A stretch of DNA of 64,000 bases from positions 1,082-65,081 of the forward strand of contig CAMKKZ010000018.1 in the NCBI GenBank assembly GCA_946413525.1, written 5' to 3'. A program made the position numbers and the translations under genes. This stretch comes from an uncultured Oribacterium sp. (GTDB lineage: Bacteria; Bacillota; Clostridia; Lachnospirales; Lachnospiraceae). Below are positions 8,072-17,224 of this stretch, piece after piece. Numbering within the stretch: the first letter of the stretch is position 1; each line of letters opens with the position of its first letter. Below the pieces are notes generated by a model. It did no database searches. It saw nothing but the letters and a program-made list of their open reading frames with translations, and was not told the origin of the DNA.

Positions 8072-10495
8072 TCAATCTTTCCATCCAATCGGGACGGGTC
8101 TCCTTGTATCAAAAACCTTTGTCACGTCCATAAGGTCAGAGACCCTGTTCTTGCCCCCGGAATAAGCCTCATACAGACGATACCCGTCCAGGTTCCTCCT
8201 TCCCTGGCGCATGAAGTTGTCGCCGAACTGAACCCAGTATTCATTCGAATCCACATTGCAGAAGTACCGGAAGCCCGCCGCCTCCAGCATATTGAACTTC
8301 TCATTTCCATGGTCATAGGGGTGCCAGTCCTTGATATCCGCCCCAAAGGGGTAGAGGAGAATGTCACAGGGTGCCGGAAGGAGAGACTCCACATTCCTCT
8401 CCCAGCGATCCGTATCCTTTGTAAGGGCGGCAAGATCCCTGGTCGTAAAATTCACATGTCCCCAGGAATGGGAAGACAGCTCATAACCATCCTCCACAAG
8501 GGCCTTGGTCAGCTCCCTTACCGTCTGACGATCCGCCTCCAGGTTTTCGTTTGGCGTGTTATTCGGGTCATAGAAGCCGGAATTGGGATCATAGCTCTCA
8601 TCCGTCCTGTATCCCAGCACGCCGTTATACCCGGTAAAGGCGATGATGGCCTTATGCCCATGATAGCTGAAATCCGGATGCTCCTCAACAAATCGATCCA
8701 GGATGGGGACAAGGTCGTAGTCCCCGATGCTGACGGTGCCGTCCCTTTCCGTATACTGCAGCTTCAGCTTCCCGTTCTCGTCCAGCACCATCTTGTCGGC
8801 AAAGCCGCATCCCTCCATATATTCATAGTAACATACATCGTCCTGAGACATGACGAAGGGCTTCTTCCCCTCCGGCAGCATGATCTGCTTCTGGACCATG
8901 TGCTCCTGCCCGTTCTCGTCCTTCTGAATCTCCGCAATGTCATGAAGCCCCACCAGCACGTAGCCCCGGGCGTACATTTCCGAAAGGATGGCCTCAAATT
9001 CAGGGATCGAGGTCATGACCTGGTTGAAGTCCTCCCCCCTTGGATCATCCGTCAGGGCCAGCTCGGGATCCACAATCAGGATATGGAAGAACACATGGGT
9101 GATTTCACTATTGTTTGCCGGCACAAGGGTGGCCTTTGTTGCCTCATAGCTCTCAATCCTGCTCTGTGCCTCCGGATTCTGGGCAAATGGAGAAGAATTG
9201 ATCAGTTCGATTGCGCCATCATAATCATAATGCATCGCCATCCTGTCACTTTGGGCGAATAGCTGCCCCATCTCTTCCTCGGACGGGGCGGATCCGCCAT
9301 CCTCGCCTGCAGGCTCCCCTGATTCTCCAGTCTCCCCGTCTCCTCCCCCTTCCGGCATTTCCCCTTCGATCTGTTCCTGTTCCGGGGCAGGGCCAAGGGG
9401 CGACTCATTTTTCCTTTTGTCCAGCCAGTGCCGGATGCCAAAAATCAACATGAAAATAAGGTCCGCCACAACCAGGATGATGATCAGGGGAACGAGCCAG
9501 CGGTTCTTTTTCCTGTCCCCTGGCCTGCGCCGCCCTGATGATTTCCTGCCGGCAGACTGTCCGCCCCTGCCCCTGGTCGTCATGCTGCGGCGTCCATTAT
9601 TCCCGGCTGCCGCCTCTCCAATCTTTCCGCGAGCCCTTCCGTAACGATCATCAACGCCGGCGCCATTCCTTTCAGGATATTCCTCGCCATAGCTTCCGGG
9701 TCTTTCCGCGTCATATTCATAACGACTGCCACCCTGCTCAGCCTGCTCACCCTGCCTGTGACGGCCATCCGCGTCATATTCATAGCGACCGCTGTCCTGC
9801 GCAGCCTGCCTCCGACGGCCATCCGCATCGTATTCATAGCGGCCGCCAGCCTGCACAGCCTGCCTCCGACGGCCATCCGCGTCGTATTCATAGCGACCGC
9901 CGTCCTGCTCAGCCTGCCGGCGATTGCCATCCGCGTCATATTCATAGCGACTGCCTGCCTGCGCAGCCTGCTGCCGACGGCCATCCGCGTCGTATTCATA
10001 ACGACTGCCTTCTCCCCTTTTATATGACCTGGAATCATTCAGAACATACCGGTCTTCACCCTCACTGCTATAATGTCCATTCTGTTCGACGGCATGACGC
10101 CCAGAGTTCTCCCGATCGTAAGAATCCAGGCCATCTTCCTTCAAAACTCCCGTTACCCCATTTCCATAAGGGTCTCTGTTGGAAATCCTTGCATTATCCT
10201 CAGAAAAGTTCCTGCTTTCCATGCTATAGCGATTCCCTGAATCTTGCTCATTCCTGTTGAAACGCGGTCTTCTCACTCTGCCTGTACCCGAATCCGGCCC
10301 ATTTGCGCCCGCGGCCAAAGGATCAACGTATTCCCTTCCCCCCGAAAGGCCGACTTCATCCTCAGGAATTCCGTTATAACGGCTGCCAGCTCCTCCCGAA
10401 AAATCATCCTCAGCAACGGTTTTTGTTCCCTCTATACTATTCCTTTGGTAATGCCTCGGAGGCCTGCCTCGTCTTTTTGAATTCTGATCCTCCAT
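8072..10495 (-). CDS. membrane-anchored polysaccharide deacetylase family protein with repeat-rich N-terminal tail
   Basis: TM LVPLIIILVVADLIFMLIFGI, C-terminal NodB-like region (..LSSHSWGHVNF..); ATG 10495 has GGGAGGG-N5, the 10528 ATG lies inside the leader repeat hairpin. Confidence 0.8.
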   Translation of the reverse strand: MEDQNSKRRGRPPRHYQRNSIEGTKTVAEDDFSGGAGSRYNGIPEDEVGLSGGREYVDPLAAGANGPDSGTGRVRRPRFNRNEQDSGNRYSMESRNFSEDNARISNRDPYGNGVTGVLKEDGLDSYDRENSGRHAVEQNGHYSSEGEDRYVLNDSRSYKRGEGSRYEYDADGRRQQAAQAGSRYEYDADGNRRQAEQDGGRYEYDADGRRRQAVQAGGRYEYDADGRRRQAAQDSGRYEYDADGRHRQGEQAEQGGSRYEYDAERPGSYGEEYPERNGAGVDDRYGRARGKIGEAAAGNNGRRSMTTRGRGGQSAGRKSSGRRRPGDRKKNRWLVPLIIILVVADLIFMLIFGIRHWLDKRKNESPLGPAPEQEQIEGEMPEGGGDGETGESGEPAGEDGGSAPSEEEMGQLFAQSDRMAMHYDYDGAIELINSSPFAQNPEAQSRIESYEATKATLVPANNSEITHVFFHILIVDPELALTDDPRGEDFNQVMTSIPEFEAILSEMYARGYVLVGLHDIAEIQKDENGQEHMVQKQIMLPEGKKPFVMSQDDVCYYEYMEGCGFADKMVLDENGKLKLQYTERDGTVSIGDYDLVPILDRFVEEHPDFSYHGHKAIIAFTGYNGVLGYRTDESYDPNSGFYDPNNTPNENLEADRQTVRELTKALVEDGYELSSHSWGHVNFTTRDLAALTKDTDRWERNVESLLPAPCDILLYPFGADIKDWHPYDHGNEKFNMLEAAGFRYFCNVDSNEYWVQFGDNFMRQGRRNLDGYRLYEAYSGGKNRVSDLMDVTKVFDTRRPVPIGWKD
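9700..10015 (-). repeat. in-frame 54-bp x 6 tandem repeat in deacetylase N-terminal tail
   Basis: GC(G/A)TC(A/G)TATTCATA(A/G)CG recurs at 9709, 9770, 9824, 9879, 9933, 9986; encodes GSRYEYDADGRRRQAAQA x 6. Confidence 0.9.
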
Positions 10496-10500
10496 TTTTC

Positions 10501-10600
10501 CCTCCCTATTAGAGTGAGTTTTTGCCACTCTGATTCAATGACAAGCCAGTGCGGTATCTCCATCAACAAGGCTCTCCTATTAAAGTGGTTTTTTGCCCCA
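10501..10600. repeat. two-hairpin intercistronic repeat, cluster b (1 unit + partial)
   Basis: CCTCCCTATTAGAGTGAGTTTTTGCCACTCTGATTCAATGACAAGCCAGTGCGGTATCTCC.. then TATTAAAGTGGTTTTTTGCC; supplies the SD of the deacetylase gene. Confidence 0.8.
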
Positions 10601-10980
10601 AGCCTTAACATAAAATGCCATTAAGAACTTATAGTATACCACAAATTCATCTCCGCTACTACTAATATTTTCAAGCTGAGACGAGGAAGAATCCTTCCGG
10701 CATGAAAAGTATCTTTTGCACCATGATTTTGGGAGGATTTAAAAATATTAAATTCCGAAAACTGTCTTGAAAACGTTGGAAAGTATCCGAAAATTTTTCG
10801 AGAAGCATATGTTTGCTGCTATAATCGAATATAAAAAACAGTCTTAAGGAAAAATACATAAATAATTCAAAACAAATTATAATATCTCAAAACAATTTAA
10901 AATGATATAACCGTTTAAAATGGTAGAATTAATTTATCATCTCATTATTCAATAAAGGAATAGTAAAACAACATCTGGAA

Positions 10981-11075
10981 AACAGCAACGCAACAAAGGA
11001 AAAACAACGTAATTGCAAAACAACAAAGCAATAACAACGTAATTGCAGAAACAGCAAAGGAATAGCAAAGGAATA
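10981..11075. repeat. short purine-rich direct repeats in rex leader
   Basis: AACAACGTAATTGCA at 11003 and 11033; AGCAAAGGAAT at 11053 and 11064. Confidence 0.5.
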
Positions 11076-11086
11076 GGACAATCAAT

Positions 11087-11734
11087 ATGACTAAGAAAGA
11101 AGTATCACCTGCCGTGATTCAGCGCCTTCCTCGTTACTATCGGTATCTCGAAGACCTGATGGATCAGGACGTCGAGCGAACCAGTTCCAGAATGCTTTCC
11201 GAAATCATGAACCTGACTGCTTCGCAAATCCGACAGGATTTGAACCAGTTCGGCGGCTTTGGACAGCAAGGATATGGTTACAATGTCAAGAAGCTTCATG
11301 ATGAAATAGGGAAGATACTGAACATTGATAAGGAGAACTGCCTGATCATCATCGGCGCGGGAAATCTGGGAAAGGCTCTTGCCAATTATGATGGCTTCCG
11401 CAAAAGGGGATTCCGAATATGCGCCATCTTTGATAAAGATCCCGGACTGACAGGGAAAACTATCGGCGGCCTGGAGGTCTTATCCATGGACCGGCTGGAA
11501 GACTTTATAAAAGAAAATAACATTCGGATCGCCGCCCTCTGCATACCAAAAGAATTCGCCAGGGATTTGACCGATGAACTGATCCGGATGGGCATATCAG
11601 GGATTTGGAACTTTGCCCATCTGGATCTGGACGTGCCCGATGGAATTCAGGTAGAAAGCGTACATCTTTCTGAGTCGCTGATGCGCCTTTCCTACAAGGT
11701 GGGAGAACTTTACCATAACGGCGATGAAAGCTGA
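11087..11734 (+). CDS. rex: redox-sensing transcriptional repressor Rex
   Basis: 215 aa; VIQRLPRYYRYL winged-helix start and Rossmann IIGAGNLGKAL. Confidence 0.9.
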   Translation: MTKKEVSPAVIQRLPRYYRYLEDLMDQDVERTSSRMLSEIMNLTASQIRQDLNQFGGFGQQGYGYNVKKLHDEIGKILNIDKENCLIIIGAGNLGKALANYDGFRKRGFRICAIFDKDPGLTGKTIGGLEVLSMDRLEDFIKENNIRIAALCIPKEFARDLTDELIRMGISGIWNFAHLDLDVPDGIQVESVHLSESLMRLSYKVGELYHNGDES

Positions 11735-11757
11735 CACAGAGGCCCTTTGAATTTGAT

Positions 11758-11863
11758 ACATCCTGACAAAACATTTTCATCAGTGTAAGGACATCCTGAC
11801 AAAACATTTCCATCGGCATATCTTGTCCGGTTTTGCCACATTTTGACAGGTTTTGTCAGGATG
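11758..11863. repeat. direct + inverted 14-22-bp repeats between convergent genes (terminator-like)
   Basis: ACATCCTGACAAAACATTT at 11758 and 11791; inverted GTTTTGTCAGGATG at 11850. Confidence 0.55.
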
Positions 11864-11895
11864 ACTCTTCTCGAGAATTTTCGGAGAGGCTCTTT

Positions 11896-13224
11896 TCACT
11901 GCGGTGCCTGGGCTTTTTTCCATTCCGGCAGCCCCGGAGTCATATACTCCTTTCCGATTCTCTGAATCAGGTGATGCGCGTCAGCCACCGGATCATAATT
12001 GCTCTTTGGCGGTTCAATGTGGATGGCCTCCACTTCCTTTCCCGCAGCGCCTTTCGCGTAATCAAGAACCCTTCGTTCCATCTTTTCCGCGGATACATCC
12101 TTCCTGTAAAAATACAGCCCTTTGGTCTTTCCGGCTCTGGCCATCTCATAGCAGACCACACGGAAAGACGCCTCGATATCCGGGTCGGATCTCATTTCCC
12201 CAAGAAGGCTCTCCGCCTTCCCCTCCTCCACAAGGATGCGCAGCGCGACCACATGGTCGTCCTTGCCGTACATGCCGGCCATATAGTTCCTATAGGGGGA
12301 CCGCCGCATATTTTCAAAATCCTGCAGCTCCTGACGGCTCACCTCCCCCTCGTGAAAGATGAGCATGGTATTCGTCCGTATGGCAAAAAGGCACAGACAA
12401 AAGCCTCGTTTCAAGAGCTTTTTTCGAAGCATGTACAAATCCTTATGCGGAATGGACATCATATCATAGTATTCATTTTCCCGCATGTCATAAAGGGCCG
12501 CGCCATCCATTACGATAATCGGGAGATTTATGCGCAGGGCGCTCATCTGCGAAATCATGAAAGAGGGAGCCCACCTGGTTTCCAGACAGATTTTCGCTCC
12601 TTCATCATAGAGTCGGTTCAACTCGATCATGACCCTTGACGGCACCATGGAATATCGGTCGGCGGCGATATCGCGCAGGCGGAGGAAGAATACTTTCTCC
12701 GGATGACGGATGGTGGGAAGATGGACCCCGTTAACAATGACGGCCACGCACACACCGATAATCGTGTCGAAAATCCTGTCAAAGGTCTGCTGCAGCGGCG
12801 CTTCAACATCCGGATAGGTGATGATGACGCAGAGAAATACGATCGCTGCCAGGCTTGCGCTGTCGGAAATGCGCAGGGCCACGCAGGTATATAGCACTGC
12901 GGCAACCCCGATCGTCATAAACAGATAAACCAGCAGCATGTTCGAGTTAATATGGGGCGCGTATTGCATAAGGAGCAGGAACAAAAGCCCCCAGATCCCT
13001 CCCATGACCGTGCCAATAATGCGGTTCCAGGCCGCGCGCATGGAGTCCTTGTCATAGGGCTGCATACATATTATGGCGGCAATGGTAGACTGGCTCGCCA
13101 TTCCGCGGTATCCACGCAGGATATAGATGACAAGACAGATGAATACAGCCGCTGCCGTCTTGATGATACGGAGACCTAATGGCGGAAAATGCCCATGCCT
13201 TATGATTTTGTTTTTTATTTCCAT
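11896..13224 (-). CDS. ArAE/FUSC-type membrane protein fused to a degenerate HAD-like domain
   Basis: 442 aa; N-terminal 4-5 TM helices (LGLRIIKTAAAVFICLVIY..), C-terminal half resembles Cof-type HAD fold but lacks DxDxT; AAGGAGG 10 nt before ATG. Confidence 0.6.
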   Translation of the reverse strand: MEIKNKIIRHGHFPPLGLRIIKTAAAVFICLVIYILRGYRGMASQSTIAAIICMQPYDKDSMRAAWNRIIGTVMGGIWGLLFLLLMQYAPHINSNMLLVYLFMTIGVAAVLYTCVALRISDSASLAAIVFLCVIITYPDVEAPLQQTFDRIFDTIIGVCVAVIVNGVHLPTIRHPEKVFFLRLRDIAADRYSMVPSRVMIELNRLYDEGAKICLETRWAPSFMISQMSALRINLPIIVMDGAALYDMRENEYYDMMSIPHKDLYMLRKKLLKRGFCLCLFAIRTNTMLIFHEGEVSRQELQDFENMRRSPYRNYMAGMYGKDDHVVALRILVEEGKAESLLGEMRSDPDIEASFRVVCYEMARAGKTKGLYFYRKDVSAEKMERRVLDYAKGAAGKEVEAIHIEPPKSNYDPVADAHHLIQRIGKEYMTPGLPEWKKAQAPQ

Positions 13225-13355
13225 AACCCTTTGACCTCCTTTTCACCCGGCAGAACAGAATCCCCACACCGGCGCCCTGCTGTTCCGAGCCACCGCGGAG
13301 CCGGCCACTACTTACAAGCTGCTGACCGTGGACCGGCATGCCGTTCCGAGCCGCT

Positions 13356-13720
13356 GCAGAGCCAGTGCCCCCCTTCGGGACGACTGACCAATGCGGAGCC
13401 AGCTCCCCCTTCGGGACGATTGACCACTGCAGAGCCAAGCGCCCCCTTCGGGACGATTGACCGCCGCGGAGCCAGCACCCCCTTTGGGACGATTGACCGC
13501 CGCGGAGCCAGCGCCCCCTTCGGGACGATTGACCGCTGCGGAGCCAGCGCCCCCTTCGGGACGATTGACCGCCGCGGAGCCAGCGTCCCCTTCGGGACGA
13601 TTGCCCGCTGCAGAGCCAGCGCCCCCTTCGGGACGATTGCCCGCTGCAGAACCAAGCGCCCCCTTCGGGACGATTGCCCGCTGCAGAGCCAGCACCCCCT
13701 TCGGGACGACTAACTGCTGC
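13356..13720. repeat. 36-bp x 10 GC-rich tandem array
   Basis: GC(G/A)GAGCCAGCGCCCCCTTCGGGACGATTGACCGCC units starting 13356, 13393, 13429, 13466, 13502, 13538, 13574, 13610, 13646, 13683; no spacers. Confidence 0.9.
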
Positions 13721-13764
13721 GGTTCAGAAAATAGCCTGTCCTAACCACCAGTATAAAAACTAGA

Positions 13765-13803
13765 CAGGGCATGAATGCCCCCCACTGGAACATTCATGCC
13801 CTG
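13765..13803. repeat. CATGAATG-type palindromic hairpin (copy 1)
   Basis: CAGGGCATGAATG-N13-CATTCATGCCCTG; related hairpins at 24426 and 61007. Confidence 0.6.
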
Positions 13804-13871
13804 GCAGCCCCGGAAATTCCGAATGCCGAACAATTATATAGCAATTATCGAATAATTATAATTTTCAAATT

Positions 13872-14035
13872 ATTGCAATGATATTATCGAATAACCGTCA
13901 TTTGATTGCAATGATATTATCGAATAATCATCATTTGATTGCAATGATATTATCGAATAATCGTCATTTGATTGCAATGATATTATCGAATAATCGTCAT
14001 TTGATTGCAATGAAATCATCAATCAATCATCGAAC
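13872..14035. repeat. 33-bp x 4.5 AT-rich tandem array
   Basis: ATTGCAATGATATTATCGAATAATCGTCATTTG starting 13872, 13905, 13938, 13971, 14004; just downstream of uxuB stop. Confidence 0.9.
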
Positions 14036-14070
14036 ACTCTTTACGTAATCGTTGTTCATTGATCAATCAG

Positions 14071-15702
14071 TTATCCAAGATATTTCTTCAGGGTAGCCCT
14101 GACCGCCCCCGGGCCGGCCAGCTCCTCCAGGAAGAACGCTTCCACCCTGCTGCCGATTCCGGCCGCGTAGAGGTCGCTGCCGAAAATATTTGCGTTGGAA
14201 AGGATGGGCTGCAGCTTCTCATGGATTTCCTCCGCTCCCTGCCCCGCGCCCAGCTTGATTCCATCCAGCTTGCCGGTCAGCTCGTCCAGCATCGGGTCAG
14301 AGGAACGTTCGAAGGCCTTCCCCTCATCGTCCACTCCAAGAAGGTAACGGAGCCATCCCGCAATGGCCAGCGGTATCGCTTCCAGCTTCTTTGCGTCTCC
14401 ATAGGCCGCCACATAAGACTTGATGGTCTCGCCATAACGGATGCCCACCTTCTGAGATGTGTCCGTCGCGATTCGCTGAGGCGTGTCCGGCATAAACGGA
14501 TTCGGAATGCGGACATTAATCACCTCGTCCACGAAATCCTTCGGGGAAAGGATGCCCGGATCCGTCACCACCGGCATGCCCTCCACGGGGCCAATGCGGT
14601 GCACCAGCTCCCGGAGCTCCGGATCCTTCATTTCATCCGCAATGAGCGTATATCCGAGCACGCAGCCGTAAACCGCCAAGGCCGTATGAAGCGGGTTCAG
14701 GCAGGTGGTCACCTTCATCCTCTCCACCTTGTTGACCGTATCCCTGTCGGTCATATAAACGCCAGCCTTCTCCAGCGCCGGGCGCCCATTCGGGAAATGA
14801 TCCTCCACCACCAGGTACTGGGGGCCTTCGGCATTGACAAAGGGAGCAATATATGTACGCTTCGAGGTAATGACCGGGGCCATGTCCTCAATGCCCAGCT
14901 TCTCCAGCTCCGCCTGCACGGACTCCGCCGGGCGGGGGGTAATCTTGTCAATCATGGACCAAGGGAACGAAACCTGCTTCTCATCGGAAATCCAGGTAAT
15001 GAAATCAGCAGGGACATGCCCCTTCTTCTCCCATTCCCCGGCCATGCCGAGGACCGAGTTGCGCAGCTTCTCCCCGTTATGGGAGCAGTTGTCCATCGAG
15101 ACCACCGCGATCGGGTGCCTTCCCGCTTTGAAGCGCTCATAAAGCAGGGCTGCCACGATGGCCATCGCCGCACCCGGCGCCGAGGGTCCCCGGTCAATAT
15201 CGGCCTGCACGAAGGGGAAGAACTTCCCGTCCGCGCCCTTCAGGGCGTAACCCTTCTCCGTGATGGTGAAGGAGCACATCTGGAGGCCGGGATTCGTGAA
15301 GATTTCTTTCAGCCTCTTCCATTCCGCTGTCTCCGCGCCATCCTTCGCAGCCTGCGCCTTAATCGCCTCAGAAAGGGATCCGATCACCTGCTTCTCCGTG
15401 GAACCGTCCGCCTTCAGCGTAACGCCCAGCACCAGATTGTCGTAAGGATTGTAAATCTTGTCCACCACGTCGAAATCAAAGGTTTCCACACAGGTAATCC
15501 CGCGATCCGCCTCGCCCGAAGCCAGCAGCTTATCCGCAATGCCGCCCAGGAAAATGCGGAAAATATTCCCGATTCCGAAATGCACCCATACGGGATTCTT
15601 CTTTGTCGCTTCCGTGACCTTATCTATATCATAGCCGGGAAGGGCGACTCCAGCCGCTTCCCAGGCTGCCTTATCACGAATACCTTCTTTTGTCAGTTTC
15701 AT
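14071..15702 (-). CDS. uxuB: mannitol dehydrogenase family oxidoreductase, fructuronate reductase-like
   Basis: 543 aa; VWVHFGIGNIFRIF dinucleotide-binding start typical of long-chain mannitol-DH family; adjacent to uxuA. Confidence 0.75.
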   Translation of the reverse strand: MKLTKEGIRDKAAWEAAGVALPGYDIDKVTEATKKNPVWVHFGIGNIFRIFLGGIADKLLASGEADRGITCVETFDFDVVDKIYNPYDNLVLGVTLKADGSTEKQVIGSLSEAIKAQAAKDGAETAEWKRLKEIFTNPGLQMCSFTITEKGYALKGADGKFFPFVQADIDRGPSAPGAAMAIVAALLYERFKAGRHPIAVVSMDNCSHNGEKLRNSVLGMAGEWEKKGHVPADFITWISDEKQVSFPWSMIDKITPRPAESVQAELEKLGIEDMAPVITSKRTYIAPFVNAEGPQYLVVEDHFPNGRPALEKAGVYMTDRDTVNKVERMKVTTCLNPLHTALAVYGCVLGYTLIADEMKDPELRELVHRIGPVEGMPVVTDPGILSPKDFVDEVINVRIPNPFMPDTPQRIATDTSQKVGIRYGETIKSYVAAYGDAKKLEAIPLAIAGWLRYLLGVDDEGKAFERSSDPMLDELTGKLDGIKLGAGQGAEEIHEKLQPILSNANIFGSDLYAAGIGSRVEAFFLEELAGPGAVRATLKKYLG

Positions 15703-15756
15703 AGTTCCTATATCATCCTTTCTGCCACCGCCCCGACAGCCATCCGCTTCAAAGAT

Positions 15757-15828
15757 CAGACCTGCTTCAAACAGGCTTTCTTCGAGCAGGCTTTTTTCAG
15801 TCAGACCTGCTTCAATCAGGCCTTCTTC
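15757..15828. repeat. 27-bp direct repeat x 2 (45-bp period) between uxuA and uxuB
   Basis: CAGACCTGCTTCAA(A/T)CAGGC(T/C)TTCTTC at 15757 and 15802. Confidence 0.7.
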
Positions 15829-15891
15829 ACCGCCCTTTGACTTACATCATGGGCGGCGGGATCTCTTTCGATGAATTTCAATAATCAATCC

Positions 15892-16980
15892 TTATTTCGC
15901 TGCCTTATGGCTCTTGTCAATCGCTTCCCAAAGTCCCTGGATATAGGTGGCTCCAAGGGCCCTGTCATAAAGGCCGTAGCCCGGCATGGCTTCCTCGCCC
16001 CAGATCATGCGGCCATGGTCCGGACGGATGGGGCCGTCAAAGCCCGTCTCATAAAGCGCGCGAACGATTTCATACATGTCGAAATTCCCATCGCTGGAAA
16101 TATGGCAGGCTTCCTCGAAATCGAGCGTATCCGGATTTGTATCATTAAAATGAAGGTTCCGGACATGGGCGAAATGAATCCTTCCCTCCAGGACGCGGAT
16201 CATGTGCGGCAGGTCGTTCTTCAGGCTGGTGCCGTAGGAGCCGGAACAGAAGGTGACCCCGTTGTGCACGTCGTCAACGGCCTTCATCAGGCGAAGGATG
16301 TTCTCCTCCGAATTGATGATCCTGGTCAGCCCGAAAACGCTCCAGGCGGGATCATCCGGGTGGATGGCCATCTTGATGTCATATTTATTGCAGACCGGCA
16401 TGATGGCCTTCAGGAAGTAGACCAAGTTGTCAAACAGCTTCTCGCCATCCGTATCCTTGTACATTTCAAAGAGTTCCTGCACCCTGGCCATCCTCTCAGG
16501 TTCCCAGCCTGGAAGGACCGTGCCATTTGCCATCTTCTCAATGGACGCCGCAAGGTCATTGGGGTCGATCGCGTCGATAGCTTTCTGGCTGTAAGCCAGT
16601 ACGGTGGAGCCGTCCGCGCGCACCCTTGCCAGCTCTGTCCTGGTCCAGTCAAAGACCGGCATGAAATTGTAGCAGACCAGACGGATGTCCTCCTTGCCAA
16701 GGTTTTCCAGTGTCTGGATGTAATGGTCAATGTACATGTCCCTGTCCTTGTCCGCAACCTTGATGGAGTCACAGACATTCACGCTCTCAATGCCGGAAAG
16801 GCGGAGTCCCGCATCTTCAATCTCCTTCTTGAGCGCGCGGATGTCCTCCGGCTTCCAGACCTCCCCCGGCGTCGTGTCATACAGCGTGCTGATAATGCCC
16901 GTCACACCGGGAACCTGGCGAATCTGTTTCAGCGTCACCGTATCAAATTTCGAACCATACCAACGCATCGTCATTTCCAT
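15892..16980 (-). CDS. uxuA: mannonate dehydratase
   Basis: 362 aa; MEMTMRWYGSKFDTVTLKQIRQ.PGV N-terminus characteristic of UxuA. Confidence 0.9.
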   Translation of the reverse strand: MEMTMRWYGSKFDTVTLKQIRQVPGVTGIISTLYDTTPGEVWKPEDIRALKKEIEDAGLRLSGIESVNVCDSIKVADKDRDMYIDHYIQTLENLGKEDIRLVCYNFMPVFDWTRTELARVRADGSTVLAYSQKAIDAIDPNDLAASIEKMANGTVLPGWEPERMARVQELFEMYKDTDGEKLFDNLVYFLKAIMPVCNKYDIKMAIHPDDPAWSVFGLTRIINSEENILRLMKAVDDVHNGVTFCSGSYGTSLKNDLPHMIRVLEGRIHFAHVRNLHFNDTNPDTLDFEEACHISSDGNFDMYEIVRALYETGFDGPIRPDHGRMIWGEEAMPGYGLYDRALGATYIQGLWEAIDKSHKAAK

Positions 16981-17035
16981 ATTGGCAAACTCCTTTCATT
17001 ATCTACATCAATTTAATTTATATCTATTTCATTAT

Positions 17036-17174
17036 ATCTATTCAGCGCCCTCCGGATTTTAGATCAACGCCTCTGGATTTCAGATCAACGTTCCTGGATT
17101 ACAAATCAACGCCATCCGGATTCCAGATCAACGCCCCTGGATTCCAAATCAGCGCCATCCGGATTTCAAAAAAT
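17036..17174. repeat. solo MITE terminus followed by 21-22-bp x 6 array of its subterminal segment
   Basis: CTATTCAGCGCCCTCCGGATTTTAGATCAAC matches MITE end ATTCAGCACCCTCTGGATTTCAGAG; units start 17047, 17069, 17090, 17111, 17133, 17154. Confidence 0.75.
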
Positions 17175-17224
17175 TTCAAATGGAAAGCATGCCGCCCACA
17201 TTCTACCATTATAATCTATTTTTC

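Noticed and set aside
13356-13720. Possible CRISPR array (regular 36-bp GC-rich repeats)
   Set aside because: Units are directly adjacent with no unique spacers. There are no cas genes or leader in the window. It is a simple tandem minisatellite.
13189-13744. Several 95-174-aa ORFs on both strands with periodic peptides (e.g. IVPKGALAPRRS repeats)
   Set aside because: All frames are open only because the 36-bp unit lacks stop codons. There is no RBS, and the mutually overlapping frames cannot all be real.
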